The position numbers and the translations under genes are program-made. A stretch of 32,000 bases of DNA from Synechococcus sp. UW140 (GTDB lineage: Bacteria > Cyanobacteriota > Cyanobacteriia > PCC-6307 > Cyanobiaceae): assembly GCA_943369485.1 (NCBI GenBank), contig CALRNH020000005.1, positions 121,258 to 153,257 on the forward strand, given 5' to 3'. Under the pieces are notes generated by a model, which ran no database searches, was not told the origin of the DNA, and worked only from the letters and a program-made list of their open reading frames with translations. Numbering within the stretch: position 1 is the stretch's first letter; each line of letters opens with the position of its first letter. This document shows, piece after piece, positions 1 to 9,234 of this stretch.

Positions 1-10
1 CGGCCCTGGG

Positions 11-454
11 TTGATGGTGTCTGCGCCGATGGTCGTCGAAACTGCGATCGCCATGCTCGCTCGGCAGGACCGCTGGCTGCTTCAGCTCCGCGACGACGTC
101 GCCGGCATCGTCGCTCCGGGGCACTGGGGGCTGTTCGGCGGCCACCTGGATCCGGGCGAGACGCCTGAGCAGGCCCTGCGGCGCGAACTGCTCGAGGAGA
201 TCAACTGGTGTGCCGAGGAGCTGCCCTACTGGTTCCGCCACACAAGCCCCACGCGCATCGCCCATTTCTTTCGCGCCGATCTCACCGTGCCGCTGGAGGC
301 GCTGCAGCTGCTGGAGGGCCAGGACCTGGTGCTGGCCAGCGCCGAGGAACTGAACGCCGGCAGGGTCTGGAGCCCGAAGCTGCGGCAACACCGGCCCCTG
401 GCCCCCTCGCTGAGGATCGCCGCCACCGCCCTCGCGGCGCCCCCACAGCCATGA
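11..454 (+). CDS. NUDIX hydrolase
   Basis: 147-aa ORF containing a Nudix box, GGHLDPGETPEQALRRELLEEINW (GX5EX7REUXEEXGU pattern). Start is TTG at 11 or ATG at 14. Confidence 0.85.
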   Translation: MMVSAPMVVETAIAMLARQDRWLLQLRDDVAGIVAPGHWGLFGGHLDPGETPEQALRRELLEEINWCAEELPYWFRHTSPTRIAHFFRADLTVPLEALQLLEGQDLVLASAEELNAGRVWSPKLRQHRPLAPSLRIAATALAAPPQP

Positions 455-482
455 GCTGGGCTGGTGGCTGAAACCAGGGCCT

Positions 483-1184
483 TCAGCCGGCGGCGCCGAA
501 CAATCTCCCCACGGCGGCCGTGAGCGCCAGGGCGAACGTGCCCCAGAACAGCATCCGCAGGGAACCGCGCCACAGGGAGGCGCCGCCGATCGAGGCCGAC
601 AGCCCCCCCAGCACCGCCAGGGTGACGATCGCATTGATGGTCACCAGCTCGGTGATCCGCCCGGCGGGGGTGAGCTGAAGCGTGAGCAACGGCAGGCTGG
701 CGCCGATGGCGAAACTGGCGGCCGAAGCAACGGCGGCCTGGATCGGCCGGGCCCGCAGGATTTCATTGAGGCCCAGCTCATCGCGGGCATGGGCGCCCAG
801 GGGGTCATGGAGCGTGAGTTGCTCGGCCACCTGACGGGCGAGACCGTGATCAAGGCCCCGGCGCACGTAGATCTCCGTGAGCTCGGCGAGTTCACCGGCG
901 GGATCGGAGGCCAGTTCCTGGCGTTCCTTGGCCAGATCGGCCCGCTCGGTGTCGGCCTGGGATTGCACCGAAACGTATTCCCCCGCCGCCATCGAGAGCG
1001 CCCCGGCGACGGTGGCCGCCACCCCGGCCAACAGGACCTGCTCCTTGGCCGCCCCGGAGGCGGCGATGCCCACCACAAGGCTGGCCACCGAAATGATGCC
1101 GTCATTGGCCCCTAGCACCACGGCCCGCAGCCATCCGGCGCGATGGGAGCGGTGACGCTCGCTGCGTCCAGCGTCGTGGCTCAT
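483..1184 (-). CDS. VIT1/CCC1-family (vacuolar iron transporter-like) membrane protein
   Basis: 233 aa. N-terminal WLRAVVLGANDGIISVASLVVG motif, a central acidic helical region and C-terminal TM helices are typical of the VIT family. ATG at 1184. Confidence 0.8.
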   Translation of the reverse strand: MSHDAGRSERHRSHRAGWLRAVVLGANDGIISVASLVVGIAASGAAKEQVLLAGVAATVAGALSMAAGEYVSVQSQADTERADLAKERQELASDPAGELAELTEIYVRRGLDHGLARQVAEQLTLHDPLGAHARDELGLNEILRARPIQAAVASAASFAIGASLPLLTLQLTPAGRITELVTINAIVTLAVLGGLSASIGGASLWRGSLRMLFWGTFALALTAAVGRLFGAAG

Positions 1185-1228
1185 CGTTCTCTGCGCTCGG
1201 CCAGGTGCAGCATGACGCCTGGGACCGA

Positions 1229-1852
1229 TCAGTCGTGGTCGGACCCGTCACCCTCCGCCGCAGGCAGGCTGCCACGGAACTGCTCGGAGAGCAGCGAGCG
1301 CTGGTATTCGATCGACAGCGAAGAGAGATGGTGCTTGGCCGCCTTGTGCAGACGGGGGTCGATCTGATCGAAGGTGCGACCGCTGGGCACCTGCATCCCC
1401 GCCACCAGACGCAGGACATCGAAGAGCCGCACCTGGTCGTGCTGCCACGCCTGGTAATCGATCGCGGCGGCATTGAGATCCTGCTCGGACACCTTCCCCA
1501 ACTCCAGAGCCTGGTGCAGGCCCTGGAGTTGGGCCAGCCGCGCCGAGGTCACCAGGGCATGGGCCGAGCCAAGGGCCGCCAGGGCATCCGTGGCCTCTCG
1601 CTTGAGCACCGAGAGGTTGCGACTCTGGACCGCCCGCTCCATCGAGAGCGGCAGGCGCACTCCTGGCCGCATGGGAATCGGGGCCGCACTGGGGCCGGTG
1701 GACTCCAAAGGCCCGGGAGGCGGGTCCGCCATCTGGAGCGGTGGCTGGGCCGCCGGCTGGGCCTGGGCCGCAGGCTGGGCCTGCAGGGCTGAGCCCCAGC
1801 GCACCAGCAGCTTTCCGAGTTTCTGGCCGAGGGCCCTGGGCGTCCAATTCAT
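1229..1852 (-). CDS. hypothetical protein with low-complexity AQPAAQ repeats
   Basis: Internal ATG (MNWTPRALG...) of the 289-aa ORF. The extension upstream of it looks non-coding. No family recognised; the C-terminal half is helical-looking. Confidence 0.45.
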   Translation of the reverse strand: MNWTPRALGQKLGKLLVRWGSALQAQPAAQAQPAAQPPLQMADPPPGPLESTGPSAAPIPMRPGVRLPLSMERAVQSRNLSVLKREATDALAALGSAHALVTSARLAQLQGLHQALELGKVSEQDLNAAAIDYQAWQHDQVRLFDVLRLVAGMQVPSGRTFDQIDPRLHKAAKHHLSSLSIEYQRSLLSEQFRGSLPAAEGDGSDHD

Positions 1853-2103
1853 CGCTGTCGCTCTTTTCAGACCAATCTGCAGCCAGAGGGACGCCAGGGG
1901 AAGGGGGAAACCCGAGCCGGGGGCGCACGGTTTGCCGCATCGAGCCCAGCGACCGCGTGCAACCGCTGATCCCCAAGGTGGTGGGCCTGTTCCGAACGGG
2001 GATGGATCGCTGGCCCCTGGAATCAGCCGCGACGAGGCCGACCGGCCTGACACCAAGGGGATCGACCTACGGTGGCCCTGGCGATCCAGGAGCACCACCG
2101 ACG

Positions 2104-2784
2104 ATGGATCCCGCCGCCCCCAGCACCCGCTCCAGCAACACCACCACCGATGTGGCCTCCCTGCGCCGGGAGTATCGCCTCGCCGGACTGCGCCGCGATG
2201 ATCTGGCGGCCGATCCCGTGGTTCAGTTCCGCCGCTGGCTCGCCGAGGCCACCGCCGCCGAGCTGCCGGAACCCAACGCGATGGTGCTCTCGAGCTTCGA
2301 TGGGCAGCGCTGCAGTTCGCGCACGGTGCTGCTCAAGGCCTTCGATGGGCGTGGCTTCGTGTTCTTCACCAACTACGGCAGCCGCAAAGCCACCGACATC
2401 GCCGCCTGCGCCCAGGTCAGCCTGCTGTTTCCCTGGTACGCGCTCGAGCGCCAGGTGGGGGTGATCGGCCGGGCCGAGCGCATCAGCGTGGGCGAATCCC
2501 TCGCCTACTTCGCCTCCAGGCCCCACGGCAGCCGGCTCGGTGCCTGGGTGTCCCAGCAGAGTGAGGTGATCAACTCGCGCACCATCCTCGAGCAGAAGTG
2601 GGAGGAGATGCGCCGCAAGTTCGCCGGTGGTGAGGTGCCCCTGCCCGATTTCTGGGGCGGGTTCCGGGTGGTTCCCCGTGAGCTGGAGTTCTGGCAGGGA
2701 AGGGAGAACCGGCTCCATGACCGCTTCCGCTACGTGCGCGCCAGCGGCGAGGAGACCTGGGCGATCGAGCGCCTGGCGCCCTAG
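2104..2784 (+). CDS. pdxH: pyridoxamine 5'-phosphate oxidase
   Basis: From ATG 2104: [15 protein letters not shown]...[12 protein letters not shown]...[15 protein letters not shown]...ERLAP, full-length resemblance to PdxH including the C-terminal RLxP. Confidence 0.9.
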   Translation: MDPAAPSTRSSNTTTDVASLRREYRLAGLRRDDLAADPVVQFRRWLAEATAAELPEPNAMVLSSFDGQRCSSRTVLLKAFDGRGFVFFTNYGSRKATDIAACAQVSLLFPWYALERQVGVIGRAERISVGESLAYFASRPHGSRLGAWVSQQSEVINSRTILEQKWEEMRRKFAGGEVPLPDFWGGFRVVPRELEFWQGRENRLHDRFRYVRASGEETWAIERLAP

Positions 2785-2947
2785 GGCCGCCGGCCCGCGC
2801 CGAGGGGAACACTCAGCCTCAGGCCCCTTTTGATCGATGTCGCGCCGGCGACGTTTCGCCTGGGAGGTGGGCGCGCAGGGGAAGCAACCGCTCCTTCAGC
2901 GTTGAGCAGCGGCATCCCCAGCTTCAGCCCCTTGCCGACCAGGGCAT

Positions 2948-3187
2948 TCAGCCGCCTCGGCGGGCCGATGCCACGCGCCCACGCCAGCGCCGCAGCGCCA
3001 CCAGCGACCAGATTCCCTCCGCCACCGCGAACGGCCAGGCCCCCGCCAGCAGCCCGTAGACCCCCGAGGCCAGGCAACCGGCGGCGAACACCAGCACCCA
3101 GAACGGGGCGCGCTCCTCGAGGGCGTAGGCGATCAGCATCGCGGCCACGGCCAGCACGCCGAACAGGGTGAGGGGATCAAGGGCCAT
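2948..3187 (-). CDS. small integral membrane protein (hypothetical)
   Basis: 79 aa with 2-3 predicted hydrophobic helices and a basic C-terminal tail. No catalytic motif. Confidence 0.5.
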   Translation of the reverse strand: MALDPLTLFGVLAVAAMLIAYALEERAPFWVLVFAAGCLASGVYGLLAGAWPFAVAEGIWSLVALRRWRGRVASARRGG

Positions 3188-3330
3188 GGCGGGCGCTGGG
3201 AAACGAGCTGGTGGACTAGGCCAGGTGGCGGCGGAGGCCGTCCTGGTGTGAATCCGCGCCTAGCTTGACCACAAAGGGGGCGTGGGGCGTAGCGCAGGGA
3301 CGGCATTGACGGCTGAGCCGGATCGGATCG

Positions 3331-4191
3331 ATGAGCTGGACGGGATGGATTGAGATGGATGCAATAGCGAACATGGCGGAGCTGGTTCTTTCGACGGACG
3401 GGAAGGGGCTCACGCTGCTGATCGACGGGCTGATCGTGTTCGGGTTGATCCTGGCCCGTTACTTCCTGGTGGCCGGTAGCTCCTATCTGTTGCTCTACCG
3501 CCCAGGCGCCGCCCCGCAACCCCTTCCCCAAGCTCCACCGCAGCGACCCTCGGCGGTCTCGATCCGCCGCGACATCGGCCTCTCGGTGCTCTCGGCCGGG
3601 GTGTTCGCCCTGGCCACCCTGGCCCTGCTGGCGGCCCACCGCCACGGGCTGACCCGCCTCTACACGGAGGTGCCGGAGCCCCTGGGCGGCCTGGCCTACG
3701 GGCTGGCGAGCTACGTCCTGGTGCTGCTGTTGCAGGACGCCTGGTTCTACCTGACCCACCGGCTCGTCCACCTGCCGGCTCTTTACCCCTGGATGCACCG
3801 GGGCCACCACCGTTCCCACTGCCCCAACCCCTGGACCTCCTTCGCCTTCGATCCCCCCGAAGCGGCGGTGCAGGCCCTGTTCCTGATCGCCTTGGTGGCC
3901 CTGATCCCGCTGCACCCGATCACCCTGATCGCCGTGCTCACCACCATGACCATCTGGGCCGTGGTGAATCACCTGGGCCTGGACCGGCTGCCGCAGGCCT
4001 TCCCCCACCACTGGCTGGGCCGCTGGTTGATCGGGCCCACCCACCATGCCCTGCACCACAGGCGCCCGGCGGTGCATTTCGGCCTCTATTTCACCCACCT
4101 CGATCGCCTGTTCGGCAGCGAGGATCCCGCCTACGTCAGCTCCCTCGGCAAGGCTGCGCCGCGCGCACGCTCGGCGGCGCTCAACCCCTGA
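3331..4191 (+). CDS. fatty acid hydroxylase / sterol desaturase superfamily membrane protein
   Basis: Histidine boxes HRLVH, HRGHHRSH and HHALHH in a multi-TM protein. Start uncertain (ATG 3331 or downstream ATGs). Confidence 0.8.
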   Translation: MSWTGWIEMDAIANMAELVLSTDGKGLTLLIDGLIVFGLILARYFLVAGSSYLLLYRPGAAPQPLPQAPPQRPSAVSIRRDIGLSVLSAGVFALATLALLAAHRHGLTRLYTEVPEPLGGLAYGLASYVLVLLLQDAWFYLTHRLVHLPALYPWMHRGHHRSHCPNPWTSFAFDPPEAAVQALFLIALVALIPLHPITLIAVLTTMTIWAVVNHLGLDRLPQAFPHHWLGRWLIGPTHHALHHRRPAVHFGLYFTHLDRLFGSEDPAYVSSLGKAAPRARSAALNP

Positions 4192-4504
4192 CGAGCAACG
4201 TGATCAGGCCCGAGAGCAGCCCCAGCCCGTGCAGACCCAGGGGCACAGGCTCGTTGGGCGGATAGGAGGCAAGCAGGCGCTGGCGGCCCAGATGCTCCTG
4301 GGCGAAGTAGAGGGCACAGACCAGCGCTCCCGCCACTGCGAGCAGTTGCCAGCCGTGCTCAAAGCTGGCGGCGGCGAAGTCCGGCCCGCGCCAGATCAGA
4401 TGCTGGGCCAGGTGGAACACGCGAACGGGCAGATCGGCGCTGAGCACGAACACCGCCAACAGGGCCAGGAACTGGCGCAGGCGACGACCGACGTCCGATC
4501 CCAT
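4181..4504 (-). CDS. small membrane protein (hypothetical)
   Basis: 107-aa C-terminal part of the 214-aa ORF, starting at MGSDVGRRLRQFLALLAVFVL. Has 3 hydrophobic segments. Its 3' end overlaps the convergent desaturase gene by 11 nt. Confidence 0.4.
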   Translation of the reverse strand: MGSDVGRRLRQFLALLAVFVLSADLPVRVFHLAQHLIWRGPDFAAASFEHGWQLLAVAGALVCALYFAQEHLGRQRLLASYPPNEPVPLGLHGLGLLSGLITLLVRG

Positions 4505-4613
4505 CTCCCCTCGACACGTGAACCCACCATGGGCAGCCCCCGGGGCTGCCCGGTGACCAATGGCACACGCCATCGTCACATCGGTGGGGGTTAGGGGGCG
4601 CCAAGAGCCAACA

Positions 4614-4871
4614 ATGGGCCGAACTCCTTCCGCGCCTGCGCCCATGCCCCCCCGTTCCAGCCTTGCCCTGTTCCTGGCCACCGCCGGTCTGGTGGCCGGG
4701 GTCAGCGCCTGCGGCAAAACCTCCGAACCAACCATGGCCCCGGAGAGCCCCAAACCGGAAGCCACCTCCCCCGCCAACTCGGCCCCCACGGCCAAGCCAC
4801 AAGCTGCGAAACCTCCTGCCGCCAAGGCTCACGACGAAGGGGGTGAAGGGGGCGAAGGGGGTGAAGGCTGA
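4614..4871 (+). CDS. putative small lipoprotein with Pro/Ala-rich region and (EGG)n tail
   Basis: MGRTPSAPAPMPPRSSLALFLATAGLVAGVSAC: a signal peptide with a lipobox-like VSAC. The C terminus is DEGGEGGEGGEG. An alternative start is at 4560. Confidence 0.5.
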   Translation: MGRTPSAPAPMPPRSSLALFLATAGLVAGVSACGKTSEPTMAPESPKPEATSPANSAPTAKPQAAKPPAAKAHDEGGEGGEGGEG

Positions 4872-4900
4872 GGCGAAGGCTGATCAGGGCGAGGCGAAGG
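4834..4900. repeat. tandem 9-nt GGNGAAGGN repeat (about 6-7 units)
   Basis: gaaggg ggtgaaggg ggcgaaggg ggtgaaggc tga ggcgaaggc ... gaggcgaaggcg. It spans the lipoprotein C terminus, its stop codon, and the 3' end of the convergent MFS gene. Confidence 0.6.
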
Positions 4901-6092
4901 CGCCTCTGGAGCCCGGTCGGAACCGGGCCAGCAACAGGGCGGCCGCCAGGGAGCAGCTGGCCGAGAAGCCGAAGGCCGCCGCTGGACTGACCACCTGGTA
5001 AAGCCAGCCGAATAGGATGGAGGCCGGCAGCAGCAGGGCGCCGGTAGTGAGGTTGAACCAGCCGAAGGCGCGGCCCCGCTGCTCAGGCGGGCTCAGATCC
5101 GCCACCAGCGCCTTCTCCACCCCTTCGGTGGCGGCCATGAACAGGCCATAGAACCCGAACAGCGCGAACAGGGCCACGCCCCCCAAGGGCAGACCCCAGA
5201 GGGGCAGGTTGCCCAGCAGCAGATAGAAGAGTCCGTAGGCGCCGTAGCCGCCCACCAGCAATTGCCAGCGGCCCACCCGATCCGACCAGCCCGCCAACGG
5301 TGCCGCAAACAGCATCGCCACCGTCGACACGCTCGCCCAGAGCAGCGGCACCTGGGCGGGGGGCACCCCGAGCGCCTGGGCCCGCAGCAGCAGGAACAGG
5401 TTCGAGGAGTTGCCGAGGCTGAACAGGGCCACCACTGCCAGGTAGCGGCGCAGCTCCTGCGGCAGGGATCCAACCCGCCAGTCGAAACGGGCAGCGGGCG
5501 CAGCAATGGGCGTCGGCAGCGGGCGCTCCCGCAGGCTGAGGGACAGCGCCACGCAGAGGGCCCCGGGCAGGGCCGCCCCGAGGATGATCTGGCGCAGGGG
5601 CACCTGCTGGGCCAGCAACAGCGCCCCCACCAGCGGACCGACCACGGCGCCGGCGTTGTCCATGGCGCGGTGAACCCCGAAGGCCAGACCCCGTTGCTTC
5701 GGGTCCACGCAACCGGCCAACAGGGCGTCGCGGGGGGAGGTGCGCAGGCCCTTACCGACCCGATCGAGGAAGCGCAGCAGCAGCAGCGCCGGCCAGGAGG
5801 CCGCCATGGCGATCAGGGGGCGGGCTAAGGCAGCCAGCCCGTAGCCGCCCACGATCCAGGGCTTCACCCTCCGGGTGCGGTCGACCACCACGCCGGAGAA
5901 GAGTTTGAGCAGGCTTGCCGTGGCCTCCGCCACCCCCTCGATCAGCCCCAGGGCCCGGGGCCCCGCCATCAGCACGGAGCTGAGGTAGAGGGGCAGCAGC
6001 GGGTAGATCAGCTCGCTGGCGCCATCATTGACCAGGCTGATCAGACCGATCAGCCATACCTCGCGGGGCAGCACCGCCAGAGGATGGCGCAT
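4884..6092 (-). CDS. MFS transporter
   Basis: 402 aa, about 12 hydrophobic segments, and a D-R-x-x-R-R-like loop (VVVDRTRRVKP) after TM2 typical of the major facilitator superfamily. Confidence 0.85.
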   Translation of the reverse strand: MRHPLAVLPREVWLIGLISLVNDGASELIYPLLPLYLSSVLMAGPRALGLIEGVAEATASLLKLFSGVVVDRTRRVKPWIVGGYGLAALARPLIAMAASWPALLLLRFLDRVGKGLRTSPRDALLAGCVDPKQRGLAFGVHRAMDNAGAVVGPLVGALLLAQQVPLRQIILGAALPGALCVALSLSLRERPLPTPIAAPAARFDWRVGSLPQELRRYLAVVALFSLGNSSNLFLLLRAQALGVPPAQVPLLWASVSTVAMLFAAPLAGWSDRVGRWQLLVGGYGAYGLFYLLLGNLPLWGLPLGGVALFALFGFYGLFMAATEGVEKALVADLSPPEQRGRAFGWFNLTTGALLLPASILFGWLYQVVSPAAAFGFSASCSLAAALLLARFRPGSRGAFASP

Positions 6093-6133
6093 CCGGGGCG
6101 AGCGACGGGACAGGCGGTGCCGGCGAGCTTGGC

Positions 6134-6913
6134 ATGACGCCCCGCCCGGCCTGTCCGTCGGTGCTCATCACGGCAGCGGCGCCATCGGACCAGGGCCACA
6201 ATCGCCGCAGCTGCCGCTCCGCCGTGACGATCGCCCCGACACCCGCCACGGGGTCCAAGGAGTCAGCAGCGGGCCAACAGCCGCTCGACCAGCCGCCCGG
6301 TGCCAACCCTTTCCAGCCTGACGAGGTGCTGGACGGGTTGCGGGCAGGTCATCAACGCTTCCTCGATGGTCATTCGCTCCATCCCCACAGCGACCGGCGC
6401 CGAATGCTGGAACTGGAGGAGGCCCAGCACCCGATGGCGGCGGTGCTGGGCTGCGCCGATTCGCGCGTGCCGGTGGAGTTGCTGTTCGACACGGGCTTTG
6501 GAGATCTGTTCGTGGTGCGCAACGCCGGCACCATGTCGTTCACGGCGGCGATCGCCTCGCTGGAGTTCGCCGTTGGGCACCTGGGGGTGCCGGTGATCGT
6601 GGTGCTGGGCCACGACCGCTGCGGGGCGGTGCAGGCGGCCCTCAACCCGAACCTCACCCTCACCCCGAACCTTGCCCAGGTGGTGGGGCAACTGCGCATG
6701 GAGCTCAACAGCCTGGGGGTGAGCGATGACCTGGAACAGGCCTGCCGCCACCACACGCTCAACTCCGCCCGCAACCTGGTGGATTCGAGCGTGCTGCTCA
6801 CCGACCGCATGCGCGAAGGCACATTGCAGGTGGAGGCCGCCTACTACAACCTGCACACCACCTCTATCGACTGGATGGGAACGGTGATGCCAGTGCGGTT
6901 CAGCACGATCTGA
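6134..6913 (+). CDS. beta-class carbonic anhydrase
   Basis: CADSRVP...FVVRNAG...VLGHDRCGAV zinc-ligand/active-site motifs of beta-CA. The N-terminal ~60 codons look weakly coding; the true start may be downstream (e.g. in-frame GTG at 6326). Confidence 0.85.
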   Translation: MTPRPACPSVLITAAAPSDQGHNRRSCRSAVTIAPTPATGSKESAAGQQPLDQPPGANPFQPDEVLDGLRAGHQRFLDGHSLHPHSDRRRMLELEEAQHPMAAVLGCADSRVPVELLFDTGFGDLFVVRNAGTMSFTAAIASLEFAVGHLGVPVIVVLGHDRCGAVQAALNPNLTLTPNLAQVVGQLRMELNSLGVSDDLEQACRHHTLNSARNLVDSSVLLTDRMREGTLQVEAAYYNLHTTSIDWMGTVMPVRFSTI

Positions 6914-7032
6914 GGCGAGAGGTTGGGAACGGCTCTGGGACATCACCCGTGCACCGAGAACCGCAACGGGGACCGTTCTGCGATGAACCTCCTATCACTA
7001 GCACCACGTGTTGGCGGGACTACGGTTTTGGT

Positions 7033-7296
7033 ATGAATCATCCATGTGCCATGCACTTCTGGGCACCCGAGATCGACCCCGCCCATCCCATGGATTGCAC
7101 TCAGGCGGAGCGCTACGCCTTGCGACGGCTGGATACCGGCGTGTTTCTCACCGTCGGCGGGGAAGATCAACACCTGACTGAGGTCGCCTCGAGCCAGGAC
7201 GCCTATCTGTTTCACACCCATGAGGCCGCCCTGCGGGCGGCCCTTGAATTGAACGAGGTGGGACAGGGCCCCATGGATGTGGTGAAAATCGAGTGA
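7033..7296 (+). CDS. hypothetical small protein inside the duplicated-CA-end insert
   Basis: ORF 6949-7296; ATG 7033 (MNHPCAMHFWAPEID...) is the more plausible start. Locally lower GC. No family recognised. Confidence 0.35.
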   Translation: MNHPCAMHFWAPEIDPAHPMDCTQAERYALRRLDTGVFLTVGGEDQHLTEVASSQDAYLFHTHEAALRAALELNEVGQGPMDVVKIE

Positions 7297-7344
7297 CCTC
7301 GCCTGGGGCACTCCAGTGGTTCAGTGGCGGCCCAAGAAGGCGCG

Positions 7345-7431
7345 CAGGTGGAGGCCGCCTACGACAACCTGCACACCACCTCCATCGACCGGATGGGGAC
7401 GGTGATGACCGCGTGGTTCAGTGCGATCTGA
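7345..7431 (+). pseudogene. orphan duplicate of the carbonic anhydrase 3' end (last ~29 codons plus stop)
   Basis: 87 bp align without gaps to 6827-6913, with 77/87 identical by hand alignment. Translates as QVEAAYDNLHTTSIDRMGTVMTAWFSAI* versus QVEAAYYNLHTTSIDWMGTVMPVRFSTI*. Confidence 0.8.
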
Positions 7432-7493
7432 TCGGTCGAACCGATCCGTTCAAGCGCCCGAGCTGATCGGCCACGACGTTCCCTGGGCGGCCC

Positions 7494-7907
7494 ATGGAGG
7501 ATGCTGGAGCGACGACGATGCAACACCCCATGAGCCCGGCCCTCGTTCGGCTGAAACCGAAACAGGCGGCCCGCCAGGCCAGCGGCGCCCCCACGGCGAG
7601 TTCGCGCGGGTTCGGCGGCAAGGCCGCTGCAGGTGTGAAAGGGGGGGGCGCCAAGGGACGCAAGCGCAAGGGAACGGGCCTGACAGCTGCCGATCGTTCC
7701 CCCTTGGGCAAGAGCCCCGATCTGGAGGCGATCGAGGCGCGGCAGCGGCTCGGGCTTTCCCTGGCCGGTCGTCTCAGCAGCGAAGCGGTCACCCAGGCCT
7801 GGAAACAGGCCGCCGGTGAGCACCACCCCGACCGCGGCGGCCAGCACCACACGATGACCGCCATCAACGGCGCCCGCGACCTGCTGTTGGGCCGCCGGCT
7901 GGACTGA
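7494..7907 (+). CDS. J-domain (DnaJ-like) protein
   Basis: C-terminal LSSEAVTQAWKQAAGEHHPDRGG with the HPD tripeptide. The N-terminal half is basic and low-complexity. Confidence 0.65.
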   Translation: MEDAGATTMQHPMSPALVRLKPKQAARQASGAPTASSRGFGGKAAAGVKGGGAKGRKRKGTGLTAADRSPLGKSPDLEAIEARQRLGLSLAGRLSSEAVTQAWKQAAGEHHPDRGGQHHTMTAINGARDLLLGRRLD

Positions 7908-7958
7908 GTTCCGCGCCCAGGCCCCCCTCCGAGGGCGTCCTCGAAACCGTCCCACAAC

Positions 7959-7996
7959 AAAGCCCGGTGAGCGTGTCACCGGGCTTTGCCCGTTTT
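7959..7996 (+). terminator. rho-independent terminator candidate
   Basis: Perfect 12-bp stem AAAGCCCGGTGA / TCACCGGGCTTT (7959-7970 / 7976-7987) with a 5-nt loop, followed by gcccgTTTT. It lies 52 nt after the J-domain stop. Confidence 0.7.
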
Positions 7997-8402
7997 GGAG
8001 GCCCATCGGGGCCAGGCGCTGAAGGGTTGTGCAACGGATCGATGGATCGATCCACAAGTTGTGCGTAGCGGGCGGAGTGGCTGGCGCAGGCCCCTGGGGC
8101 CATGACGTTCAAGCGGTGGACGTCCGTGGACCCGGGGCACCTGGAGCGGTGCGGTGGGTGGCCATTGAGCACAGGGCTCGGCCGGATGACCCAAGTTGCC
8201 AATGAGACTGTTGGAGCAGGGGTCCGAAACGTCAGCGCGCTCCTGACGGTTGGTTAGGCGGCGTGTCGTCCATGCGGTGCCTCCGAATCACGACTCCGCA
8301 GGCTCATGTGCTGCGGTTGAGATCACCATCGGACGGATGGCCAAGGCGGGCAATGGGTCGTCGTACCCATTTCTCTGGCAACCCAGCGCAGCCCCCTCCG
8401 CT

Positions 8403-9224
8403 TCAGCTGGAGGCCGAGGTGTAGAAGCGCAGGGCAAAGCCCCAGAACCAGCGGCTGAACGCCAGCGCGGCCGCCGCGACGACCAGCGAGGCCAGCAGCC
8501 AGCGGGCACTGCCCGTGCCCAGGATCGCCTCGGCGGGCACGGTGGTGAGGAACGCCACCGGCAGCACCACGGTGAAGAAGGTGCGCAGGGCCGCTGGGTA
8601 GGCGCTGATCGGGTAGCGGCCGGCCACCAGGGCCGAGCGCAGCACCTCGGTGGCGTTCCAGACCTTCACGAACCAGATGCTGGTGGCCGCCAGCACGAAC
8701 CAGAGCGAATAGAGGATCAAGCTGCTTGCGAGCAGCAGCAGGGCGGCGCTGAGCAAGGTGAGCAGATCAGGCGTGGCGCCGGAACGCGCCGCGGCCACGA
8801 CGATCAGCGCCAGCCCCAGCACCACCCCCGGCAACCCCCAGGGCGACACCGTGCGGGCCGAGAGCCAGAACTGGCTGTCGATCGGCTTGAGCAGCACGAA
8901 ATCGAGCGTGCCGGTGCGCACGTGGGTGACGATCGTGCTCAGGTTCGGCTGCAGGAGCGTGCTGGTGATCCCATCGAGCAGGGTGTAGATCCCCAGCACC
9001 ACCAACGCCTGCTCCCAGCTCCAGCCCCCCAGGCTGCGGCCGCCCGCGAAGAACAGCGAGAGCAGAAACACACTGCCCGCCAGGTTGCCGCCCACCGAAA
9101 ACAGCTCAATGAAGAAATTCGCCTGATACTCCAGCTCGGCCGTGAGCGAGGTGGCCCAGAAGCGCAGCAGGGTGCGCCGATAAAGGCGGAATGTCGAACG
9201 CCAGCTCGCCATCGGGTGGGCCAT
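8403..9224 (-). CDS. ABC-2 type transporter permease (DUF990-like)
   Basis: From MAHPMASWRSTFRLYRRTLLRFWATSLTAELEYQANFF...; 6 hydrophobic segments. Second of two paralogous permeases downstream of an ABC ATPase. Confidence 0.75.
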   Translation of the reverse strand: MAHPMASWRSTFRLYRRTLLRFWATSLTAELEYQANFFIELFSVGGNLAGSVFLLSLFFAGGRSLGGWSWEQALVVLGIYTLLDGITSTLLQPNLSTIVTHVRTGTLDFVLLKPIDSQFWLSARTVSPWGLPGVVLGLALIVVAAARSGATPDLLTLLSAALLLLASSLILYSLWFVLAATSIWFVKVWNATEVLRSALVAGRYPISAYPAALRTFFTVVLPVAFLTTVPAEAILGTGSARWLLASLVVAAAALAFSRWFWGFALRFYTSASS

Positions 9225-9234
9225 GGCGTCTCCC

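Noticed and set aside
3133-4098. Long ORFs antisense to well-supported genes: 3133-4098(-), 8250-9362(+), 9223-10110(+), 10981-11835(+), 19291-20313(-), 25102-25767(-), 26361-27527(+), 28904-29968(+), and many 60-250-aa ORFs rich in R/P/G/A.
   Set aside because: They are typical stop-codon-poor shadow frames of high-GC DNA. Their translations are low-complexity (Arg/Pro/Gly/His-rich) with no motifs, and each overlaps a gene with clear family signatures on the other strand.
7300-7340. CTGGGGCAC...GGCGGCCCAAG just upstream of the orphan CA fragment, resembling the two ends of the 103-nt repeat (CTGGGGCGGCAC...GGGCCGCCCAA).
   Set aside because: It involves only about 9-10 nt at each side, the 3' part is not identical (GGCGGCCC versus GGCCGCCC), and GC-rich short matches are expected by chance. 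It might be worth a look only if the repeat proves to be mobile.
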